From Penicillus capitatus (taxonomy: Eukaryota; Plantae; Chlorophyta): a DNA stretch of 64,000 nt. The translations under genes and the position numbers were made by a program. The notes below the pieces were generated by a model that saw only the letters and a list, made by a program, of their open reading frames with translations, was not told where the DNA came from and ran no database searches. Positions 26,420 to 34,889 of the stretch are shown here, piece after piece. Position 1 is the stretch's first letter. Each line of letters starts with the position of its first letter. The DNA lies in contig OZ287719.1 in the NCBI GenBank assembly GCA_965649825.1, positions 62,001 to 126,000 on the forward strand. Reading direction: 5' to 3'.

Positions 26420-29327
26420 GAGAACAATCTAACGTGACTTCTCCTAAAGGTTTACTCGTGCTATTGTCAAATCCAGTTACTTCTTTGGTCGACGTTGTTT
26501 CTAAGACAAACTGATGGGTTCTAGCCAAGGATTCCGACAAAACATTGGTTTCTGCCCCGGTGTCCAACAAGAACGAAATCTTGTTGGGAATGCCAGCAAT
26601 CTTCAAAGGAAGATTGTATCGGATCAACCTTTTTTGCTTTGTCCCCGTTTCTGTATCGGTTGTCTGTACTACGTTTGTCTGAGAAACACGGTCTTTGGCC
26701 ACTCTCTTTGTGCTTCTGCGTGGACAATCCCTCGCTGAGTGCCCTCTTGTTTTGCAGTGTTCGCACAAATATCCGTTTCCATTTGATTTGACCTGTTGTC
26801 TGCCGGGGAACGGAATTCTTGGCGCGCTTCGTCCATCAGATGTAAACTCGTGCAAGATTCTTTGGACCCGTGACCACTCTTGGGCGTTGTCACAGCCAAG
26901 CGTCCCAAGTTGGGCCTGTATTCTCGGATGGGCAATATTGAAAACGCGTTCGAACGCAACCATGTACTTCTCTGGATGTCGGATCTTGTCCATTAAAGTC
27001 GTCAACCGAATCGAAAACTGGCTAATATCTTCCTTTCCTTTGGGCAACATTCTTTGCAGATCTTGGATCGCTGGACCGAATGTAACTTGTTGCCTTTTGA
27101 CTTGGTCGATATGAACATCTGGCTGTATTTCTCCCACTTCTCCTTGTGGTTGCCTTTGCACATGTTCCTGCACTCTCCGATACTGCCTCTCAAGTCGTCT
27201 GCGGTCATGATCTGTCATACCACCTCCCAGGTGCCTTCTCTCCGCTTCAATCCAGTCATTCATCGATGGGGCTCGTGCCTGCTGCCTTGGCGCCTGTGGA
27301 TCCCTTCGAATTCTGTCGTCCAACTCTTCCACTCTTTGATTTAAAGTTTGAAGGCTTGATTCGATCGTGCCTTGCATCATTCGTTGTTGATTGATTACCC
27401 TTTCCTCCATCTCTTCTGCATTTCTCGCTACACCCTCTGTGAGATTGCGAATCTCTTCTCTGACTTCTTGCATCATACGTTCCTGCCTCGCATCTCCTAT
27501 AGTCGCGATTGCTTCTTCTCTCTGATGCTGCGGTTGCTGAGGAGGTTGCTGCGGTTGCTGTCCCTCCTTTCTGCCCGTCCATAAACCTTTTAGGCCTTCC
27601 CAATCGAATCTTAGGCAAAACCATGCGAATCTCATTGTCCACCATAGGCCTCGAACGATGCTTATCACCATTCTTATCTTCCTCGCCAAACATGCGAAGA
27701 TCGATCCAATCCAGTTTATGATCTTCCCTAGGACAATCATGACTCCGAGCAGTTGCCAACCATTCTTCGTTATCATGGCCCCTCGCAGGGCCGGCCAGCC
27801 GAATATATCCCACAAGACTCCAACGGTCCACGTCACCATGTTATCTCGAGCGCCGAGGATCCACGTGACTATTCTCTCTATCCAGGTCTCTTCTCCTCGG
27901 CTAGTTTTCCATCCGTCGTTTATGTCGTCACATGCGCATTCGTCGAGGATGGACGTGATGTTTTCCATGTGGCCTTTGATGCTGTGCAATGTCTTCTTTA
28001 TTTCATCTGCCATATCATCCGACATCCTGTCGTCGCTCCCGATCGTTGTCTTCTTGTGTTTATCTCCTCCTTCCGCGGTGTGATTCATCAATTTCATGAA
28101 TTCGTGAGCCGTTCGGAGGAAGACCTTCATGTCTCGTTCCATTTTGGTTACTTTCTTTGGCATGTTGTTGAGGGTCGCTGCGGTGAAGGCGGAGATTATC
28201 CCGGGTGATGATACTGCTGCGGTAACCCGTCCTCCAACCATCCAATTGACGATTCCGTGTATTCCCATTGTCAATACCGACTGTGTTAATACGTTGAAGG
28301 CGCGTTCTTGAAAGCCCATCTCTGGCGTAACCTCCCCTGGTTCCACTGTGAGCGGCCACTCAGCTTGAGGCAGAGCGTCTTCAACTCCTCGCATATTGAA
28401 GACATCTTCCGGAGTCGTCTCTGTCACTGCTTCTTGTTCCGGTGTTTCCATTGATGCTTGGCTTTCCTCACGCGTTGGCTCTGGGCTCTCTCTAGATTCC
28501 TCTATCATCACTTCTGGTTCCTCGGCCTTGGCAGGGCCTTCTGTCGACTCTTCGACCATCGCCTCCGGTTCATCTACCCGGGCCCTCTGATAATCATCTT
28601 GAGAGATCGGCACAGCCTCTTCAAATCTTCGACGTAGGGCCCTTGCGATCGAGACACGGGTTTCGTTGTCTTCGCTATCCCCGACTATCATTTCATATAC
28701 TCGGTGTCGTGCTGTCTCTAGAAGCTCCTTCGGTCGCCATTCCCTATCGGATTGTGTCCCACTTACTATTAAGAAAAGCAAACTGTTTGTGGTTTTTATC
28801 GTTTTTCCGTCCCAAGTAAGTGATCCTCCCTCTGACAGAACATTGACAAGAACCTTCGCCTCACTCAGGGCCATTCCCTGTAGAGCATCGTATACGATGA
28901 CGCTGTTTGGACATTCACCGATCGCATCAATGATCGTTTTTTGCGTCTGTCCTCCAAGATCCTCGTGTTCTTCACTGTGTCCCTTTATGTAGTGCATGCA
29001 GTCTTCCATGTGTGAATTTTTTTCGGTGCTCATTGTCCTGAGCCGTTCCGAGATGCTGTCACACTTGTTTGTTGTGCAGTACAAGATTACTGCCACGGCC
29101 TTTCTCTCTCCTGTTTCGTGAAGCAGTTGTAGATCCAGATTTCTTTTTATACCGAAAATGTAGTCGTCTGTCCAGTCGCCTTGTCCGTGTACGAAGTGTC
29201 GGATGGTCTCAAGTGTGGTCTTTATGACATCTGAAAGGTCAGCAGATTGGTGACCCCAAAGTGCAGTCACCCAGAATAGGCTCAATCCGAAGAGGAGCAG
29301 GCCATGCAAACCTCGCTCCGAAACCAT
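26295..29327 (-). CDS. Family 1 Gag-protease polyprotein: signal peptide, torsin-like domain, TM region, coiled coil, CA-CTD-like region, CCHC knuckle, aspartyl protease N-half
   Basis: 1010-aa ORF. N-terminal GLLLFGLSLFWVTALWG; CEHCKTRGHSARDC; FLLDTGAETNVL. A +1 frameshift lies inside the protease near 26400. Confidence 0.85.
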   Translation of the reverse strand: MVSERGLHGLLLFGLSLFWVTALWGHQSADLSDVIKTTLETIRHFVHGQGDWTDDYIFGIKRNLDLQLLHETGERKAVAVILYCTTNKCDSISERLRTMSTEKNSHMEDCMHYIKGHSEEHEDLGGQTQKTIIDAIGECPNSVIVYDALQGMALSEAKVLVNVLSEGGSLTWDGKTIKTTNSLLFLIVSGTQSDREWRPKELLETARHRVYEMIVGDSEDNETRVSIARALRRRFEEAVPISQDDYQRARVDEPEAMVEESTEGPAKAEEPEVMIEESRESPEPTREESQASMETPEQEAVTETTPEDVFNMRGVEDALPQAEWPLTVEPGEVTPEMGFQERAFNVLTQSVLTMGIHGIVNWMVGGRVTAAVSSPGIISAFTAATLNNMPKKVTKMERDMKVFLRTAHEFMKLMNHTAEGGDKHKKTTIGSDDRMSDDMADEIKKTLHSIKGHMENITSILDECACDDINDGWKTSRGEETWIERIVTWILGARDNMVTWTVGVLWDIFGWPALRGAMITKNGWQLLGVMIVLGKIINWIGSIFACLARKIRMVISIVRGLWWTMRFAWFCLRFDWEGLKGLWTGRKEGQQPQQPPQQPQHQREEAIATIGDARQERMMQEVREEIRNLTEGVARNAEEMEERVINQQRMMQGTIESSLQTLNQRVEELDDRIRRDPQAPRQQARAPSMNDWIEAERRHLGGGMTDHDRRRLERQYRRVQEHVQRQPQGEVGEIQPDVHIDQVKRQQVTFGPAIQDLQRMLPKGKEDISQFSIRLTTLMDKIRHPEKYMVAFERVFNIAHPRIQAQLGTLGCDNAQEWSRVQRILHEFTSDGRSAPRIPFPGRQQVKSNGNGYLCEHCKTRGHSARDCPRRSTKRVAKDRVSQTNVVQTTDTETGTKQKRLIRYNLPLKIAGIPNKISFLLDTGAETNVLSESLARTHQFVLETTSTKEVTGFDNSTSKPLGEVTLDCSLGDKENKTLVLSMQGGDKANFGVRSFTNARPPFRLRTRLCF

Positions 29328-29361
29328 GTTGTGAGAATTCGCTCGAAAGGGTAAAGGAATG

Positions 29362-29608
29362 TGTCGCCGGTCGGCCGAGCAGAAAACAATACACAGCGGA
29401 AGACTCTTACATTAATCGGAGCAAGGTCTTGAGTGTTCAGAATGTGTCCTTATGTATGCGCGCGGTGACGCGACGTTCCTAGGCAGGTGAATCATCGTGC
29501 TGTCAAAACCACAGAAAAGGGCCCTTTGTCCCGTAGGACAAGACAGGCAGCGTTCCTTGGCACGGATAACCCCCGCAGAACAAGACAGTGTCACATCGCT
29601 CGGCGACA
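29362..29608 (-). mobile_element. Solo LTR (247 bp) related to the family 3 LTR
   Basis: Termini TGTCGCCG..CGGCGACA. Aligns by eye with 53272..53507 (CAGCGGAAG, GGCAGGTGAATCA, GTCACATCGCTCGGCGACA). Flanks GAATG/CTCGT are not a TSD. Confidence 0.8.
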
Positions 29609-30322
29609 CTCGTCGTCGTCGGCCAGGGCGAATTCCCGATCGAACACACACGGTTGCACAAGGAAAAGCTTACAAAACGTCATGAGCCCCAGGGCTTTTA
29701 TCCGGTCCACGCGATGGACAGGTGAGTCACCCACCTCTCAGCACCATAGAACGAGGACCCCTCATGGCCCCCGTCTCCCTTGACACGACTCCTGAGTACC
29801 CCTTTCAAGCCCGACCCCCTCCCCACCGAGGCAGTCCCATCGCTGCAGCGAGGCCATCACATCGCCAACTCCAAATCTTGGCGACATGTCCATCGATCCA
29901 TTCTCCTCTTCGTATTCTTTGCTCGTCGACTTCGCATAGGGCAGTCCATCGTGGAAATGCCCTCCGCTGGCCACCTGTCCATCTGCGTTCGTCCGTGCCA
30001 GGACGTAAAATCAAGATCAATAGCGACCATGAAGGCGCGTGGTTGAATCATCCAGTATGTGTCTGCGCTGTCATACAATTGTCGGTCACATCAAGATAGC
30101 AAGCAATCTCGTCGAATGGTTCTGTAGACGCGCACCACGCTTTGTTTTCTAGCCTTGCATGCCGACGCAACAGACATGACGTGGGGAGTAAGTATCAAGA
30201 CAGTAACGAATCTGATAGAAAGAAAAACCTCTATCGCCCAATCAGCGACCTGTCGGAGGATACTTTGGACGCGCCTTTTAGTGACAACTAAGTCAGAATC
30301 CAGGCTTTTATCGTGCGAAAGC

Positions 30323-30398
30323 GCCCTCGTGGTGTAATGGTTGGCGCACTTGAAGTTTTCTCAAGAGGCGTGCGTGGGTTCGAATCCCGCCGAGGCGC
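30323..30398 (+). pseudogene. tRNA-derived element (tRNA pseudogene or SINE head)
   Basis: A-box TGGTGTAATGG, B-box GGTTCGAATCCC, anticodon arm CTTGA-AGTTTTC-TCAAG. It lacks U33, the acceptor stem is imperfect, and there is a 4-nt duplication in the variable loop. Confidence 0.7.
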
Positions 30399-31099
30399 CC
30401 CGTGAGTCACTCGGGTGATAGTGACTGGCCGGAGGGTGAAGCGGCGACTCATCATGATCAAGAAAATCAGAAGATTGTGCAATTAAAAAGACGCGGGTCA
30501 AGTCCAGACCGGAGCATGCGGTTATACGTGAGGTGGACGACGAATCGTCGCAGACGCTGTGAGACATGTGAAGCGACGGATGGAAGCACGAGTCTTCTAA
30601 TTGAACGATTGAACGATGAATTGACAATGGGCGTCGGGTTGCTGATATGCTAATTAAGCGCATGCAACTGTAAAAATCCAAATCGAATCGAATCGTGCGA
30701 AAGCCATGGTGAGCCGAACTAACGCGCGTAGCGGAGACGAAACAAAACGGCAACACGCAAAGAATTGATAAAATTACAGTTCGGCCGTTTCCCCGGAAGC
30801 TCTCGCCGATCACTCATAACGATGAACAAAAGCACAAGGCGCGTCTGAGCCTCTTATTTCTTCGGTGTACCTTGACTCGTCTGGCGCAGAACGTCCCTCG
30901 TCTTCCGTCCTCGCGTTGCACGCAGGTCGCCTCGGAGTCTTCTCACGTCTCCTCGAGAGTCCATCCATCCCGTCCACTGCAGCCATCTGGTTCACGCGAA
31001 AAAAAGAAAAAAAGGCAAAAAGATAGAGAAAGATGAAGGTGAGTGGATGCAGCAACCGACGCAGTCTTTTGCGCCGGCAGCTTTAGGGCTAGGGTGACT

Positions 31100-31161
31100 G
31101 CTCAGTCAAGGTGACCGAACAGTTTCGACGGCGCCACCCGTCTCATCAGACCCCTTAAGAG
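31100..31161 (-). ncRNA. Type I hammerhead ribozyme (predicted cleavage GUC^A between 31113 and 31112)
   Basis: Minus strand: AAGGGGT-CTGATGA-GACGG(gtggcg)CCGTC-GAAA-CT(gttc)GGTC^ACCTT. Full core present; stems I, II and III can form. Confidence 0.75.
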
Positions 31162-31254
31162 TATTTGCCGATTTAGCGCTATCCAGTCCCGCCACGAGGA
31201 GGCACGGCTCGACGATGCGTTGGCAAACACACCGCCGTTGGGACCACAATTTTG

Positions 31255-31803
31255 GGTAATCACGAAATGAAACGAAATGAAATGCCATTCCTTGGGGTGG
31301 TAATCACGAAATGAAATGCCATTCCTTGGGGTGGTAATCACGAAATGAAATGCCATTCCTTGGGGTGGTAATCACGAAATGAAATGCCATTCCTTGGGGT
31401 GGTAATCACGAAATGAAATGCCATTCCTTGGGGTGGTAATCACGAAATGAAATGCCATTCCTTGGGGGGGTAATCACGAAATGAAATGCCATTCCTTGGG
31501 GGGGTAATCACGAAATGAAATGCCATTCCTTGGGGGGGTAATCACGAAATGAAATGCCATTCCTTGGTGGGGTAATCACGAAATGAAATGCCATTCCTTG
31601 GTGGGGTAATCACGAAATGAAATGCCATTCCTTGGTGGGGTAATCACGAAATGAAATGCCATTCCTTGGTGGGGTAATCACGAAATGAAATGCCATTCCT
31701 TGGTGGGGTAATCACGAAATGAAATGCCATTCCTTGGGGTGGTAATCACGAAATGAAATGCCATTTGGTGGGGTAATCACGAAAGTGCCTTGGGGTAATC
31801 ACG
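31255..31803. repeat. 34-bp minisatellite (13 full-length units plus degenerate flanking units)
   Basis: Unit TAATCACGAAATGAAATGCCATTCCTTGGGGTGG with an exact 34-bp period from 31301 to 31743. No spacers. Confidence 0.95.
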
Positions 31804-32370
31804 AGGATGTCCTTCCTTCCGGGATTCCTCAACCAGGTCGAAGGGACGGCCGCCTACAAGAGACGACCCTCACCCCGCCTTCGGGACTAACGGGTGGGCC
31901 CGACGCCGTAGAAGCCGCTCAACAGTCCGCGCCACAACCGTCGCACGATTGCCGCCATCGACGGCAGCGTCTCATGCGCTGTTGTATCATTCTTTCGACG
32001 GACAACCGAACGACGATTCGACGTAGTGGGACCGGAGCTGCGCAACTGTGGGGGAGTATCTCCCGGAAAGAAGGGCCATCCGAGGATGTCCCCCCGATCC
32101 GAGATTCCTCAACCAGGTCGAAGCAAAGGCCGCCTACAAGAGACGACCCTCACCCCGCCTTCGGGACTAACGGGTGGGCCCGACGCCGCAGAAGCCGCTC
32201 AACGGCCCCCGCCACAACCGCCGCACGATTGCCGCCGTTCTCGGCAGCGTCTCATGCGCTGTGGTAAGGTACTTCAATAGTGCAAAACTTCAATATGACG
32301 GAACAATCGAGGACGCGTTCGACGCATCCGGACTGGAGCTGCGCAACTACGGGGGAGTATCTCCCGGAAA
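31803..32370. repeat. Two diverged ~280-bp direct repeats
   Basis: Copies start at 31803 and 32082 (GAGGATGTCC...CAAGAGACGACCCTCACCCCGCCTTCGGGACTAACGGGTGGGCCCGACGCC...GGGGAGTATCTCCCGGAAAG). Confidence 0.9.
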
Positions 32371-32414
32371 GAAAGACGAAAAATGGTACGCGTCATCACT
32401 TATATAACCCTTCA

Positions 32415-32680
32415 GATGATGTGACAGCGTCACATCATTTTGTCGCGCAATCAGCCAATCACGACGCGATTTCGGAATACTAACCGTCGGAAAAAGAAGC
32501 TGGGAGGAAGGCGTCGATTCAGCCGATAGCCAATCACGTTGCAGTATCGGAATATTCCATCTGTCACATCAGAATATTCCATCTGTCGCATCAGAATATT
32601 CCTATCGAATCAGCCACTCAGCGCGCACCTTTCAAAGCGACGTTGACAGGGTCACATCACCATCCAAGTATTTAAGGCCT
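32415..32680 (+). promoter_or_regulatory. Putative Pol II promoter (repeated CCAAT boxes + TATA-like)
   Basis: AGCCAATCA at ~32453 and ~32528, AGCCACTCA at ~32612, TATTTAA at 32669, and a 10-bp inverted repeat ATGATGTGAC/GTCACATCAT near 32416. Confidence 0.45.
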
Positions 32681-33139
32681 ACCATGGCGCGCATTTCGTC
32701 TTTTGTCGTTAGGGCGGTTCTACTGGTGGGTTCTTGCTTCCGGGTTTCGGCTCGGAACATAGAATGCCAAATACCGGGCCAGTGCTGCCAGGCTATAAGC
32801 CGCCGACCCGGCCCGTCGGTGTTGCGAGGCATCCCTTCGGGAGGTGCTGCTGACCATCACCTTCCCGCCATGGTTGGCGCAAGCAAAGGTCGTTAGACGC
32901 TGGATTCGGAGTGTTCAAGGCGTGTTGAACAGGCGGCGCGTAGCGGGTGCCTAAGACCATCACACCTACTCCGAAATTTGCGCTCCGCCGCACGCTTAAG
33001 ACATACGGCTCCACTGCGCTAATGCCGCGCCGCCTTCGGGTGACGCGTCACTGGTTCAGTGGGGAGGGTGGGCTTGGGGTCATCCTAGCCAATCCGGATC
33101 TTTCCGGATCGCGTCGAGGGTTTTGGTGCCTCGACGCGA

Positions 33140-33186
33140 AGGGGTCTGACGAGACGGGTGGCGCCGTCGAAACCCTAAGTCTTCTG
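33140..33186 (+). ncRNA. Hammerhead ribozyme core (minimal; stem I weak)
   Basis: GGGGT-CTGACGA-GACGG(gtggcg)CCGTC-GAAAC(cctaa)GTC. Confidence 0.55.
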
Positions 33187-33354
33187 TTTACGTGTCGTCC
33201 GAACCGCGCGCGCTCGAATTACGCGTTCCATTCACGCTCTCCGTGTCGGAGCTTAGCCGATGTCTAGCACACGGGGTAGATCTGTCGACTGCGTCCGCGG
33301 TTTTTCTGTTCCGACGAGTCGATGTCGCGTTCTGGTTCGCGCCGAGACGCGGGA

Positions 33355-33400
33355 AAGGGGTCTGATGAGACGGATGGCGCCGTCGAAACCGCAGAGTGCT
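33355..33400 (+). ncRNA. Hammerhead ribozyme core (degenerate stem III)
   Basis: GGGGT-CTGATGA-GACGG(atggcg)CCGTC-GAAAC; no clear downstream NUH in register. Confidence 0.45.
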
Positions 33401-34471
33401 GCTCCGTTGCATTCGGCGGTCGCCCTAGCCAGTCGTTTTATTTTCTGTCTCTTTTTCGCCTGTCTGTGTCTATGTTTCTGCTTACGTGCTTTAACACTAC
33501 CTGACCTTTACAACCGATTACAAGGCAAAAAGCATATGTGTGTATGTATACATGCTCCCCACTTTCGTTCGGTTTGTTTATTCATCTGCCGTCGTGTCCA
33601 CTCAGTCTTTTCAGCGAATGCTGTCCTATCGAGACGTCGTCTTCTGTCGTCGACGCCGCGCCACATTAGACAGACTTTGTCAGCAAAGCGACCGCTGCCA
33701 GATGCAACACACCTGCAGGAAAGTGTCACTGTCGCGTCATTAGGCACAGAACCCCTCTCACCGTCGTGACCAACACCGTCTTGCGTTTTGCTAGGATGCC
33801 TGCACAGTGTCCTTCGTTGTCCGTCAATGCACACAGGAGCACCGTGATGACAAGGATGAAGCGAAATGTTCTTTGGGCGTTCATGTCCATGCCGCAGAGG
33901 TTGTAAAACATCCACAGTTCCATCATCGAAAGAGTGGTGAATGCCCAAGTAGTCTGCGAAGACCAAATCGATGTTAGTCACTTGATCGAATGCTTTTCGT
34001 CTGTGTCGAAGTTTTTCGACTATTCGTGAAGCGTGGGGCAGACATATCACAAGTTTCCTTGCTCTGTGCCCGGCACATCAATCGGCAGAATCAGGGGCCG
34101 CCGGTCTTTGTTTTGTTTCGCGATAGTTTTTCGGTCTGTCTGCTTTGTCTCGTTACCAGTCTGACTTGAGCTATGCACGAACTTTTGAGTCTTGTCAAGT
34201 GTAGCGTGTCATATTGTTTACGTCGGTATAGGGCGTGTGCAAACGTCCAGTCAGCGCGAATCGGCGCGGACAGCGTGCTTGCGGGAAAAGACTATCAATC
34301 TAGATATCGCACACATGTGCGACGGGCGGACAACACCTGAATAGAGTGTGGAGAACCGACATATATAGTCAATCGTATGCACATAATAACCCAATCGTTG
34401 GGCGCGCGAAACAAAACTCATGTGAAATATAGAGGATGGATGGATGCCATTCATTACATACCAACGTTTCG

Positions 34472-34889
34472 GTTCGACTTATAAAGATCGAACTCAAGTT
34501 GACAAAGAAAAGGCCAGAAAAATAAGTCCGAATAGAAATGGCCCGTTCGATTTATGAGGACCGAACTCGACTTGGCAGTGAAAACGGCCACGGCATAAAG
34601 CCCGGCAGTGAATGAGACTCATGTCGACAAAGAAAAGGCCAGTGCAATGAATCCGAATGGAAACGGCCCGTTCGATTTATCAGTATCGAACTCGACTTGC
34701 CAGTGAAACAGCCAGAGAGATGAATCTGAATGGAGCCGGTTCGATTTATAAGTATCGAACCCATCTTGCCAGATAAAACAGCCAGAGAGATGAATCTGAA
34801 AGGAGACGGCCAGTTCGACTTATGCCTGTCAAACTCGACTTGCCAGTGAAACAGCCAGATGAGGCCCGTTCGATTTATCAGTATCGAAC
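34472..34889. repeat. Array of six 22-bp imperfect palindromes within degenerate 55-125 bp repeats
   Basis: GTTCGA(T/C)TTATnnnn(A/G)TCGAAC-like motifs at 34472, 34545, 34670, 34739, 34813 and 34868. Confidence 0.85.

Larger units (their letters stand above)
23086..29361 (-). mobile_element. Ty3/gypsy-type LTR retrotransposon, family 1 copy A (decayed; 5' LTR truncated to 35 bp)
   Basis: 3' LTR 23086..23243 (TGTT..AACA, 158 bp). 5' LTR remnant 29327..29361 is identical to the LTR end. PBS 29308..29326 (TGGTTTCGGAGCGAGGTTT on the minus strand). Domain order Gag-PR-(dUT)-RT-RH-IN. Confidence 0.92.

Noticed and set aside
23086-29608. DIRS-like or split-terminal-repeat element suggested by the 35-bp direct repeat
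   Set aside because: It encodes a DDE integrase, not a tyrosine recombinase. The 35 bp are the end of an ordinary 158-bp LTR truncated by a solo LTR.
31082-31094. Telomere or interstitial telomeric array
   Set aside because: Only one and a half degenerate units; kept only as context for the hammerheads.
31255-31803. CRISPR array
   Set aside because: The units are contiguous 34-mers with no unique spacers, there are no cas genes, and the context is eukaryotic.
31803-31900. HDV-like ribozyme suggested by cUUCGg + ACTAA
   Set aside because: I could not build P1/P1.1/P2/P3 in the required nested order.
33800-33890. ATG3/ATG10 active-site similarity (SLHPCHHGA)
   Set aside because: The match is limited to a few residues and the flanking sequence does not fit.
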